The position numbers and the translations under genes are program-made. The notes under the pieces are model-generated. The model was not told the DNA's origin, did not search any database, and was given only the letters and a program-made list of their open reading frames with translations. Shown piece by piece: positions 16,595 through 25,866 of a stretch of 34,789 nt of DNA (positions within the stretch are counted from its first letter, which is position 1; the number at the start of each line of letters is the position of its first letter). Source of the DNA: an uncultured Collinsella sp. Its GTDB lineage: Bacteria; Actinomycetota; Coriobacteriia; Coriobacteriales; Coriobacteriaceae. The stretch lies in the NCBI GenBank assembly GCA_902492825.1, contig CABUMZ010000001.1, positions 1 through 34,789 on the forward strand. The letters run 5' to 3'.

Positions 16595-17779
16595 TTACAG
16601 ATGGACATCGGGATCGAGCATTTGAGCACTCACGCGCATGGATGACGCCAAGTTTTGGAACGTTTCCAAACGCAGGCTGTCGATCTGCCCGGCGTCCTCG
16701 GCCTCGCGAACGGCACAACCCGGCTCATGGGTATGCGTGCAATCGCCAAACCGGCACGCACGCGATGCCTCGACAATCTCGGGGAAGGCGCGCGCCAGAC
16801 CCCGCTCGTGACCCACGAGCGGTAGGCTGCGTAGGCCCGGGGCATCGGCGATCACGCCGGCGTCGCCCGGTAGCGCCACCATCACGCGCGCGACGGTAGT
16901 GTGACGGCCCTGGTCGTCGCGTTCGCGCACACCGCCGGTCGCCAACGCATCGTGGCCCAGCAGCGCATTGAGCAGCGTCGACTTGCCGGCACCCGATTCG
17001 CCCAAAATCATGGCACAGCTCCCGGCGGGCACGCAGGCGCGTACCTCGTCCAGGCCGCGGCCCTCGGCAGAGGACGTCACGATTACGCGCACGTCCGGAC
17101 CCACCAGGCAGCGCACGCGGTCCAGATCGCGCTCGAGCTCCTCGGCATCGCAACGGTCAGCTTTGGTGAGCACTACCACCGGCTCGGCATCGCAGTCGAG
17201 CGCCAACACCAGCGAACGCGCCACGCGGTCGAGCAGTACCTCGCCGGCACCGAGCGCCTGCACGATTAGCACGCTATCCACGTTGGAGCAGAGCACCTGG
17301 CGCTCTCCGCGGGCACGGCCGCGCCAACGCTCAAAGCTCGTACGGCGCGGCAGCACGCACTCAATCACGCCCATATCGTGCCCGGGAGCGCGGCGCACCG
17401 CCACACGGTCGCCCACGGCAGGCAGCAGGACCTCGTCCTCGCCGCGCGACTTGGCAAACCCCACGGCATGCTCGGCGCGGAAGGTATCGTTGGCAGTCGC
17501 CACCAGCGGAAACCCGCGATCCAAGCGCACCACGGCGCCAAGCTGCATCTGCTCGGGCTCCTCGGCATGTGCGCAGAAATCATCAAAGGCAGTCTGCTGG
17601 GCTTCATCAACCGGCAGGTCATCAAACGCCGGAACATCCTGCAGCGCATCGAGCCCCGGTACGCTCGCCAACAACTCCTCGGCAGACACGGGCGCTTCGG
17701 TCGCGAGCTTCCGACGACGGTCACGCTTAGCCCGCGCCCCCGTCGTCTTTTTCTTCGCTTTAGCCTTCGCCTTGCCCAC
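16595..17779 (-). CDS. rsgA: Ribosome small subunit-dependent GTPase A
   Basis: TKAD, GESGAGKS, GRHTT, DAPG, CRFGDCTHTHEPGC Zn finger; GTG start with RBS GGGAGG. Confidence 0.93.
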   Translation of the reverse strand: MGKAKAKAKKKTTGARAKRDRRRKLATEAPVSAEELLASVPGLDALQDVPAFDDLPVDEAQQTAFDDFCAHAEEPEQMQLGAVVRLDRGFPLVATANDTFRAEHAVGFAKSRGEDEVLLPAVGDRVAVRRAPGHDMGVIECVLPRRTSFERWRGRARGERQVLCSNVDSVLIVQALGAGEVLLDRVARSLVLALDCDAEPVVVLTKADRCDAEELERDLDRVRCLVGPDVRVIVTSSAEGRGLDEVRACVPAGSCAMILGESGAGKSTLLNALLGHDALATGGVRERDDQGRHTTVARVMVALPGDAGVIADAPGLRSLPLVGHERGLARAFPEIVEASRACRFGDCTHTHEPGCAVREAEDAGQIDSLRLETFQNLASSMRVSAQMLDPDVHL

Positions 17780-17824
17780 AAGCGCCTCCCAGCACCACAA
17801 ATCACAACTGAGCAGGTATTTTAA

Positions 17825-18591
17825 ATCAAAACCACCCCTAAAAGGGGTGGTTTGCTCTTAGGGTATAACCCTTGGATTTCCGGCACGCGTCTAAAGGCGC
17901 CGGCCCTCACGGGGTTCGGGCCGCACTGCAGATTGACCCGTGACGGGCCGGTCAAACCGGCGCTATTTACGCCCCGGCCCCCTACCGAAGGGGTCCTCGT
18001 ACTCCTTGACGCTCAGCCGGTCGATCGCGATGTCGGCCTTCTCCTGCTCCCGGATGTACTTCGCGATGGTGGCCTCGTTCAGGCCGACGGTGGACACGTA
18101 GTAGCCCTCGGCCCAGAACTTCCTGTTGCCGAACTTGTACTTCATGTTCGCGTGCTTGTCGAATACCATCAGCGAGCTCTTCCCCTTCAGGTAGCCCATC
18201 ACGCTCGATACGCTGTACTTCGGCGGTATCGCCAGCAGCATGTGGACGTGGTCGGGCATCAGGTGCCCCTCGATGATCTCTATCCCCTTGTACTGGCAGA
18301 GCTTCCTGAAGATCTCCCCAAGGTCGGACCTTATTTGGTTGTAGATGACTTTGCGCCTATACTTCGGCGTGAACACGACGTGGTACTTGCACATCCACTT
18401 CGTGTGCGACAGGCTGTAGGCCTTCTGGGCCATACGCCACCACCGCCCTCTCGACTCGGATTCCCTGCGGCCTGAACAATCGCAAGTGTCCGGCGAGGGG
18501 GCGGCTTTGTAAAGCCGTTTGGCCCCACCCGCATAGCGGGTGGTTTCTGATGCGGCGCGCTGCGCGCCCCGCACAGGCTAAAGCCCATAAA
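17825..18591 (-). mobile_element. IS200/IS605-family element (tnpA only)
   Basis: Subterminal hairpins CCACCCGC-ATA-GCGGGTGG (18525-18543) and AAACCACCCC-TAAAA-GGGGTGGTTT (~17829-17853); TTTTGATTT at both ends; exact ends uncertain by a few bp. Confidence 0.85.
17963..18433 (-). CDS. tnpA: Y1 (HUH) transposase TnpA
   Basis: YHVVFTPKYRR, DHVH HUH motif, LKGKSS, FWAEGYYVSTVG, KYIREQ. Confidence 0.95.
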   Translation of the reverse strand: MAQKAYSLSHTKWMCKYHVVFTPKYRRKVIYNQIRSDLGEIFRKLCQYKGIEIIEGHLMPDHVHMLLAIPPKYSVSSVMGYLKGKSSLMVFDKHANMKYKFGNRKFWAEGYYVSTVGLNEATIAKYIREQEKADIAIDRLSVKEYEDPFGRGPGRK

Positions 18592-18594
18592 ATC

Positions 18595-18628
18595 AAAAAG
18601 AGCTGGCCGGGCAAAGCCCGACCAGCTC
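18595..18628 (-). terminator. Terminator after P-type ATPase
   Basis: GAGCTGGTCGGGC-TTT-GCCCGGCCAGCTC followed by TTTTT. Confidence 0.8.
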
Positions 18629-18687
18629 ACAAACTTTCCCTCAGCCCTTTTCATCCGCACGGAAGAAAAGCCAGCAAGGATACCGCA

Positions 18688-18775
18688 GGGCCCGCCCCGG
18701 AAGCCCTTTCTCCCGAACGATCCCGCAGCGCGAAGCGCGAGGACCAGTGAGGGAGAAAGGGCGTGGGGCGGGCCC
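18688..18775. repeat. Long interrupted palindrome (REP/MITE-like)
   Basis: GGGCCCGCCCC/GGGGCGGGCCC and GCCCTTTCTCCC/GGGAGAAAGGGC arms enclosing GCGC-GAA-GCGC. Confidence 0.65.
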
Positions 18776-18786
18776 GGACGAGTACG

Positions 18787-21468
18787 CTACTCTTTCTCCA
18801 CAGCGCGCATGATCGCCTTGTAGATCTCCATCAGCGGGATGATCAGGAAGGCCAGGCCCAAAGCGGCAAGAACGCCCTTGAGCTCAAGCGTCACAGGGCC
18901 GAAGAACATCTCGGCAAGCGTCGGCTGCACGGTCACGATCACCGTCAGCACCAGTGCCAGCGCGGCGGAAGCCCACAGCCACTTGTTCTGCTTCTTCATG
19001 GTGAACAGCGACGCACGACGGCTGCGCATATTGAAGCAGTGGAAAATCTCGACCATGTTGAGCGTGATGAACGCCATCATCACGCCTTCCTCGTCGGCAT
19101 TGCCGGCGATCATATCGGCGATGTGGATGTAGCCCATGTCAAAGTACACGCCCACAAAGAAGCTCGCCAGCACCAGCACGGTGATGATCAGGCCCTGGAC
19201 CACGCAGTCCAGACCCATATGTCCGGCAAAGACGCCGTCCTTGGCGTTGCGCGGCTTGCGCTTCATGATGTCGCCCTCGGCATCCTCCATGCCCAGCGCG
19301 AGCGCGGGGAAACAGTCGGTGACCAGGTTCACCCACAGCAGCTGCACCGGCTGGAAGATGGTAAAGCCGATGAGCGTGGCGATAAACACCGAGAAGACCT
19401 CGGCAAGGTTGGCCGAAAGCAGGAACTGGATGACCTTGCGGATGTTGTCGTAGATGCGACGGCCCTCTTCGCAGGCACCGATGATGGTGGCGAAATTGTC
19501 GTCGGCAAGCACCATGTCGGCGACGTTCTTGGTGACATCGGTACCGGTGATGCCCATGCCAACGCCGATGTCGGCGCGCTTGATGGACGGGGCGTCGTTG
19601 ACGCCGTCGCCCGTCATGGCCACGATCTGGTCGCGCGACTTCCAAGCCTCGACGATGCGGGTCTTGTGCTCGGGCTGGACGCGGGCGTACACGCCGTAAT
19701 CCTCGATGTGCGCGTCGAGCTCCTCGTCGCTCATGCGATCGAGGTCGGCACCGGTGATGGCATGGCTGCGATCGCTGACGATGCCCAGCTGCTTGGCGAT
19801 GGCCACGGCGGTGTCGATGTGGTCGCCCGTAATCATGACGGTGCGGATACCGGCGTCGTGCGCCTCGCGGATGGCGTCGGCGACCTCGGGGCGGACCGGG
19901 TCAATCATGCCGGACAGGCCGCAGAAGACCAGGTCATGCTCGAGCGCGGCGGGGCTGCAGTCGGCCGGGACCTCGGTGTAGGTGCGGCTCGCCAGCGCCA
20001 GCACGCGCAGGGCCTCGTCGGCCATGGCCTTGTTGGCGGCCACGAGCTCGGCGCGACGCTCCTCGGTCAGGGGGACAACCTTGTCGCCCTCGTAGATATG
20101 GGTACACAGGCCGATCACCACGTCGGGCGCGCCCTTGGTGTACTGCTCGTACTCGCCGTCCAGGGTCTCGACGACCACGGACATCATCTTGCGGCCCGAG
20201 TCAAACGGGGCCTCGCCCACGCGCGGATGCTCGGCAGTCAGGCCAGTGAGCCCCGCCTTGCCGGCATCGTTGACGAGCGCACACTCGGTCGGCTCACCCA
20301 CAGCCTCGCCCAGTTCCTCGTCCCACTGGGCGTCGGAGCACAGAGCCATGCCGGCCAGGAACTTCTCCTTAGGCGCAGCGAGCTCGTGCTTGACGACGGT
20401 CATCTTGTTCTGGGTGAGGGTACCGGTCTTGTCGGAGCAGATGGTCTGTGTGCAGCCAAGGGTCTCGACGGCGGAAAGCTTGCGGATGATTGCCTGGCGC
20501 TTGGCCATCTTGGTCACGCCAAGCGACAGCACGATGGTCACGACGGCGACCAGGCCCTCGGGGATGGCAGCGACGGCGAGCGAGACGGCGACCATAAAGG
20601 TATCGAGCAGGGCGGTCGGGTCGGTAAGAACGTTGCCCACGCCGTGGCGGATGATATCGACGCCAAAGATAACGACGCAGATGACGATAACCATGATGGT
20701 GAGGATGCGGCTGAGCTCGGCAAGCTTCACCTGCAGCGGCGTGAGCTCTTCCTTGGCCTCGGCCAGGGCGCCGGCGATCTTACCCATCTCGGTGTTCATG
20801 CCGGTGCCGACCACGACGGCGCGGCCGCGGCCGTATACCACGGTGGAACCCATGTAGCACATGTTCTTGCGGTCGCCGAGCGGCACGTCGTCGGTGCCGG
20901 CGGCGAGCTCAATCACGTTGGCATGCTTCTCGACGGGCACGGACTCGCCGGTAAGGGCGGCCTCCTCGATCTTCATCGTGGCGCTCTCGAGCACGCGGCA
21001 GTCGGCCGGGACGGAGTCGCCCGCCTCGAGCATGATCACGTCACCGGGCACGAGCTCGGCGCTCGGCAGGTGCACGAGCTTGCCGTCGCGCAGCACCTTG
21101 GACTGCGCCGCGCTCATCTCCTGCAGGGCCTCGAGAGCCTCCTCGCTCTTGGCCTCCTGAACCACGCCCAGCACCGAGTTGACGATAACGACGAACATGA
21201 TGATGGCGACGTCGGCAAAGTCCGCCTCACCCTTGACCATACCCGTGAGCGCGCTGATAACGGCGGCAACGATCAACATGATGACCATGGGGTCGGCCAT
21301 CTGCTCAAAGAAACGCTTCCACAGCGGCGTTTTCTCGGCTTCCTCGAGCTTGTTAGGGCCTGTCTTGGCGAGGCGCGACGACGCCTCGTCGCTGCTCAGG
21401 CCGAGGTCCTCATCGACGCCCTGGTCGCTGAGCACCTCCGCCGCGGCGGACAGGTATTCCTTTTGCAT
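18787..21468 (-). CDS. Cation-translocating P-type ATPase, type IIA (Ca2+-type)
   Basis: TGES, PEGL, DKTGTLT, KGAP, MITGD, GDGVNDAP, QLLWVNLVTD. Confidence 0.93.
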   Translation of the reverse strand: MQKEYLSAAAEVLSDQGVDEDLGLSSDEASSRLAKTGPNKLEEAEKTPLWKRFFEQMADPMVIMLIVAAVISALTGMVKGEADFADVAIIMFVVIVNSVLGVVQEAKSEEALEALQEMSAAQSKVLRDGKLVHLPSAELVPGDVIMLEAGDSVPADCRVLESATMKIEEAALTGESVPVEKHANVIELAAGTDDVPLGDRKNMCYMGSTVVYGRGRAVVVGTGMNTEMGKIAGALAEAKEELTPLQVKLAELSRILTIMVIVICVVIFGVDIIRHGVGNVLTDPTALLDTFMVAVSLAVAAIPEGLVAVVTIVLSLGVTKMAKRQAIIRKLSAVETLGCTQTICSDKTGTLTQNKMTVVKHELAAPKEKFLAGMALCSDAQWDEELGEAVGEPTECALVNDAGKAGLTGLTAEHPRVGEAPFDSGRKMMSVVVETLDGEYEQYTKGAPDVVIGLCTHIYEGDKVVPLTEERRAELVAANKAMADEALRVLALASRTYTEVPADCSPAALEHDLVFCGLSGMIDPVRPEVADAIREAHDAGIRTVMITGDHIDTAVAIAKQLGIVSDRSHAITGADLDRMSDEELDAHIEDYGVYARVQPEHKTRIVEAWKSRDQIVAMTGDGVNDAPSIKRADIGVGMGITGTDVTKNVADMVLADDNFATIIGACEEGRRIYDNIRKVIQFLLSANLAEVFSVFIATLIGFTIFQPVQLLWVNLVTDCFPALALGMEDAEGDIMKRKPRNAKDGVFAGHMGLDCVVQGLIITVLVLASFFVGVYFDMGYIHIADMIAGNADEEGVMMAFITLNMVEIFHCFNMRSRRASLFTMKKQNKWLWASAALALVLTVIVTVQPTLAEMFFGPVTLELKGVLAALGLAFLIIPLMEIYKAIMRAVEKE

Positions 21469-21475
21469 ATAGAGT

Positions 21476-21585
21476 CCCCTCCTGGGATTCGGGCCACTCA
21501 GCAGATTGATGCCCGATCATAATTCCCAGGAGAAGGGCAAGGGCTCATCAAGGCTGCCGTGCTGAGCGGCAGTTGATAGTGGAGC
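21476..21585 (-). promoter_or_regulatory. Structured 5' leader of P-type ATPase (candidate cis-regulatory RNA)
   Basis: Two hairpins, one sequestering the AGGAGG RBS, with 7-nt complementary loops. Confidence 0.55.
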
Positions 21586-21910
21586 TATGGTACCCCAAAG
21601 CAACGCGTCTAGCCAAAACATTCCAATTGGAAACACGGCTCGAGTGCAACGATGCAGACCGTGTGATGCTCAACATTGATAAAACGTTTTTTCTTCGGCG
21701 CATCGTCAAACTGAAATATCGCCCAGATAGCAGCAGTCAGAACGGTTGGTAAAGATTTTTCATATACCGTTTTTACCGCAAAAAATGAACTTCTAATTCG
21801 GCATACGGTCGATTTTTGGGGGTATTCGGTCGTCATTTCGTTATAATCATCTCAGTTTTATTTCTTATGGTTTATCTATCAGCGCAAGACGATGTCAGAT
21901 GGAGGTCTGA

Positions 21911-23371
21911 ATGTACAAGCGCACCAAGATTGTATGCACCATGGGTCCCGCCTGCGATAGCGACGAGACCATCCGCGAGATGATCAAGGCGGGCATGAAC
22001 GTCGCCCGTTTTAACTTCTCGCACGGATCCTACGACGAGCACCACGGTCGCATCGAGCGCGTCCGTCGTATTTCCAAGGAGCTCGGTCTGCCCGTCGGCA
22101 TCCTGCTCGACACCAAGGGCCCCGAGGTCCGCACCGGCCTTCTGGTCGACGGCAAGAAGGCCGCCGTCAAGACCGGCGACAAGATTGTCGTCACCGCTCA
22201 GCCCACGTCCGAGGATTTCCACGGCACCTCTGAGCACATCTCCCTCGACTACCTGGCTCTGCCCTCCGAGGTCGAGAAGGGCTCCCTTATCCTGATCGAC
22301 GACGGCCTGGTTGCCCTCGAGGTCGAGTCCGTCGACGGCCAGGACATGACCTGTGTCGTTAAGAACGACGGCCTGATCGGCGAGCGCAAGGGCGTCAACA
22401 TGCCCAACGTCAACATCTCGTTGCCCGCTATCACCGAGCGCGATCGTCAGGACATCCTCTTTGGCCTGACCGAGAACATCGACTACATCGCCGCTTCCTT
22501 CATCCGTGACGGCGAGTCCGTCCGCGGCATCCGCGAGCTTTGCCGCGAGAACGGCGGCGAGCACGTGACGATCTTCCCGAAGATCGAGTGCGCCCTGGGC
22601 GTCGAGAACTTCGACGAGATTCTCGAGGCTTCCGACGGCATCATGGTCGCCCGTGGCGACCTGGGCATCGAGATCAAGCCCGAGCTCGTTCCGCACATCC
22701 AGAAGGAGATCATCGCCAAGTGCAACGCGGCCTACAAGCCCGTTATCACCGCTACGCAGATGCTCGACTCCATGCAGCAGAACCCGCGCCCGACGCGCGC
22801 CGAGGTTGCCGACGTTGCTAACGCCATCTACGACGGCACCGACGCCGTTATGCTCTCTGGCGAGTCCGCTGCCGGTAAGTACCCGGTCGAGGCCGTCAAG
22901 ATGCAGGCCAGCATTGCTCTCGAGACTGAGAAGTACCTCCCGGCTCACGCTCCGCTCGAGGTTCCGGCTGACGCTCACGGCACCCGCGTCGTCAACAACG
23001 TTGTGGGTATGTCCGCTGTGAACATGGCTACCACCGTTGGCGCCAAGTGCATCACCGTGCCGACGACCACCGGTCGTACCGCTCGCCTGATCTCGCACTT
23101 CCGTCCCAACATGCCGATCTGCGCGTTCTCCCGCCACGAGTGGGCCGTCCAGCAGATGATTATGTACTGGGGCGTTATCCCGCACCAAGCCGAGATTACC
23201 CAGGGCACCGTCAACGGCACGATCGTCAAGGCGATCGAGACCGCTAAGGAGCTCGGCTACGTCAAGGCCGGCGATCTGACCGTCGCTACCGCTGGCGATC
23301 CCCGCATGAGCGTCCAACTCGAGGATAAGGTCTCCTCGACCAACGTCGCTTACGTCGCTCAGGTGCGCTAA
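21911..23371 (+). CDS. pyk: Pyruvate kinase
   Basis: RTKIVCTMGPA, RFNFSHG, DTKGPEVR, GIMVARGDLG, ATQMLDSM, DAVMLSGE. Confidence 0.98.
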   Translation: MYKRTKIVCTMGPACDSDETIREMIKAGMNVARFNFSHGSYDEHHGRIERVRRISKELGLPVGILLDTKGPEVRTGLLVDGKKAAVKTGDKIVVTAQPTSEDFHGTSEHISLDYLALPSEVEKGSLILIDDGLVALEVESVDGQDMTCVVKNDGLIGERKGVNMPNVNISLPAITERDRQDILFGLTENIDYIAASFIRDGESVRGIRELCRENGGEHVTIFPKIECALGVENFDEILEASDGIMVARGDLGIEIKPELVPHIQKEIIAKCNAAYKPVITATQMLDSMQQNPRPTRAEVADVANAIYDGTDAVMLSGESAAGKYPVEAVKMQASIALETEKYLPAHAPLEVPADAHGTRVVNNVVGMSAVNMATTVGAKCITVPTTTGRTARLISHFRPNMPICAFSRHEWAVQQMIMYWGVIPHQAEITQGTVNGTIVKAIETAKELGYVKAGDLTVATAGDPRMSVQLEDKVSSTNVAYVAQVR

Positions 23372-23399
23372 ATCGTACTTGCAAGCAAATTTGCATTAC

Positions 23400-23438
23400 A
23401 AGGGGCCCGGAAGGCAATGCCTTCCGGGCCCCTTTTTT
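23400..23438 (+). terminator. Terminator after pyk
   Basis: AAGGGGCCCGGAAGGC-AAT-GCCTTCCGGGCCCCTT followed by TTTT. Confidence 0.9.
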
Positions 23439-23520
23439 AAAACCTTCTCCATATGTCACTTCATCGATTTGCGTTCAGTCGCAAGCCTCTCCGATACCGA
23501 GCGCACCACCGAAGACGCCC

Positions 23521-24874
23521 GGCTTATAGGACAAAATGTGTGTCTGCTTTAGGGGCATCGGCGCAGGTCGATGCCCCTTTTTCAGCCGTTTAAATTCCGT
23601 GCCCGCTTTTAACCGCTCGGACAGAATGTGTGTCCGGTTGCCTATCGTTCCCGCAGGTAGATAACCTTTTCCGGAACCGTTAAATACCCTTTCGGAAGAG
23701 GTGCCCATGAAGGCCGTTTATTGCCCCTACTGTGGCGGTCGGACCAAGCGCAACGGCAGGACCTCATCGGGGTCCCAGCGGTGGAGGTGCACGGCCTGCG
23801 GCGCGTCGACGACGGTGAGGTACGACGACACGGCGACAAGGCTCGAGGAGTTCCTCGGGTGGCTCCTCTCGAAGGACTCGCAGGCCACGATGCCGGGCGG
23901 CGGGCGGTCCTTCAGGCGCAGGACGGCCGAGTTCTGGGAGGTCTGGCCCATGCCCGTCCCCGACGGCGAGCTGCACCGCGTGCTCTACGTCGACGGGATC
24001 TGGGTCGCGCGCGACCTCGTCGTGCTCATATGCTGCAGCGGCGAGAGGGTGGTCTCCTGGTACATGGCCAGGTCGGAGAACTCGAGGGCGTGGTCGGCCC
24101 TCATGGCGCCGATCCCGGCGCCCGACGTGGTCGTCACCGACGGCGGGAGCGGGTTCGCCAAGGCCGTGCGCGAGACCTAGCCGCGCACCAGGGTCCAGAG
24201 GTGCACCTTCCACGCCTTCTCGCAGGTCAAGCGCTACACGACGACGCGGCCGAAGCTCCAGGCGGGGCGCGAGCTCTACCTCATCGCGCGCGACCTCATG
24301 GGCATCGAGGCGCTGCACCAGGCCGAGCTCTGGGTCGAGCGCTACCTCGACTGGTGCGGGTTCTGGGCCGACTTCCTGGAGGACAGGACCGTGGTGGACG
24401 GCAGGAGGGTCTACACCCACGAGAGGCTGAGGCGGGCGCGCTCGTCGCTGTCGTCGCTGGTGTCGGCGGGGACGCTGTTCACCCACCTCGACCCCGCCCT
24501 GGCCAAGGCCGGCCCGCTGCCGTCGACCAACAACATGATCGAGGGAGGGGTGAACTCGCAGCTGAGGGCCGTCCTGCGCAACCACCGGGGGCTGACGTCG
24601 GTCAAGCGCGTGAAGGCGGTGTTCTGGTGGTGCCACGCGCACTCGGGGGACGCGAGGACGGCGCGCGAGAAGCTCGCCACGATGCCGACCGACGCGGACA
24701 TCGACTTCCTGTTCAGCGTCTACTCCGCCTCGCCGTCGCGCGAGGACGGAGGGCCGGAGTGGGGCGACAGGGCCGTGTGGGAGGACCTCCACCACAGGGA
24801 CCCGTACCCGTTCTGGCTGGATTAATGGATGGAAACGGATGTTCTATCGGGACACACATTTTGTCCTATAAGCC
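23521..24874 (+). mobile_element. IS1249-like element (IS256 family), 1354 bp
   Basis: Perfect 24-bp IRs GGCTTATAGGACAAAATGTGTGTC (23521-23544 / 24851-24874); 8-bp TSD AGACGCCC (23513-23520, 24875-24882). Confidence 0.93.
23707..24825 (+). pseudogene. IS1249-type DDE transposase with in-frame TAG at 24178-24180
   Basis: N-terminal CPYC..CTAC Zn ribbon, VDGIW, VVTDGG, then *PRTRVQRCTFH continues in frame to TNNMIEGGVN. Confidence 0.88.
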
Positions 24875-24937
24875 AGACGCCCTGCGAGGGGAGCCGTTGG
24901 TCAATTGGGGTGAACTGTTCACCGTCAAGCCGGCCGG

Positions 24938-25786
24938 CTAGCAGCTAGCGATCAGAGGGACTGCGGGGACGTCCGAAGCGGCAACGCGAGCCGCAAAGCC
25001 CGCCTCGGTCAGCTCGATGACCTCGGTAAACGTCGCATCGAAAAACTCCTCGGTTAGCAGGCGATACGGCGGATGATCGGGCTCACCGGGGTTTTCGCGC
25101 ACGATCTCGTGCATAACGCCGATGGTCTTGAGCACATATTCTTTATGGATGGGATACTGCCCAAAACGTGCCGCAGCGGTATACAGGCGATCGGTCGCAC
25201 GCGGGATGGAAACAATGCCGAGCGTCTTGCCAAACCAGTCAAAGTCGCCTTGCTTTTTAATGCGGAACTCCTCGCACGGCTTGCCGCCGTGCGCCTCCAG
25301 GTACTGATTCACGCGCGTATTCCATACGGTATCGGCCACCAGATGCGACCAGACACCCAGTGTCAAATCGAGCAACGACTGCGCCACGTCATCGGGCGCG
25401 AGCGAAAGCTCGCTAGCACCGGGACCGGCAACCGGCTCGGCATCCTTGTAGCGTTGGGGATAATGTACCCGATTGAGTCGCTCGCGCTCCTCGACAATCG
25501 AGGTCGCGGCAGCCGGCGTACCAACAGGCGCCCCTTTGAGCAGCGGCGCCACATAGGTATCCCAGAACTCGTGCTCGCGCGGCTTAGGGATAGGTTCGGG
25601 CTTTGCAAAGTGCGTAATGCGGTATGGGATGGGATCGGCGATGCCAGGGACCATATAGCCCACGAAGATATCCGGAACCACGCAGCCAAACAAAAAGGCA
25701 TTGCGGTCGCGCACGCTATTGGCAAGCGCACCGGTGCGCTCCAGCAAACGCTCCGTCTGAGCGATATGAATGTTCCAGCTTGGCAT
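24938..25786 (-). CDS. Zinc-dependent phospholipase C-like / putative metal-dependent hydrolase
   Basis: N-terminal MPSWNIH, FLFGCVVPD, THF, GVWSHLVAD motifs. Confidence 0.6.
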   Translation of the reverse strand: MPSWNIHIAQTERLLERTGALANSVRDRNAFLFGCVVPDIFVGYMVPGIADPIPYRITHFAKPEPIPKPREHEFWDTYVAPLLKGAPVGTPAAATSIVEERERLNRVHYPQRYKDAEPVAGPGASELSLAPDDVAQSLLDLTLGVWSHLVADTVWNTRVNQYLEAHGGKPCEEFRIKKQGDFDWFGKTLGIVSIPRATDRLYTAAARFGQYPIHKEYVLKTIGVMHEIVRENPGEPDHPPYRLLTEEFFDATFTEVIELTEAGFAARVAASDVPAVPLIASC

Positions 25787-25866
25787 AGCCACCCCCATAA
25801 AAAACCTGGATAACTATACCATCACGGCAAAGCCGCGCGGACGGCTACGCACGCTCTACGCAGCAA

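Noticed and set aside
18763..21522. 919-aa plus-strand ORF
   Set aside because: Antisense shadow of the P-type ATPase caused by high GC3; no motifs.
21540..21600. Fluoride or yybP-ykoY riboswitch assignment for the ATPase leader
   Set aside because: Only superficial similarity; the conserved cores of those families are not recognisable, so it is reported as an unassigned candidate.
6558..24180. Two in-frame TAGs at probable Trp codons as evidence of amber recoding
   Set aside because: TAG is the normal stop for many genes here (metG, pheS, pheT, the ATPase); simple G-to-A nonsense changes in dispensable genes explain both.
23721..24941. 406-aa alternative-frame ORF across the IS
   Set aside because: Arg/Gly-rich off-frame read of the transposase that runs through the IR; not a credible protein.
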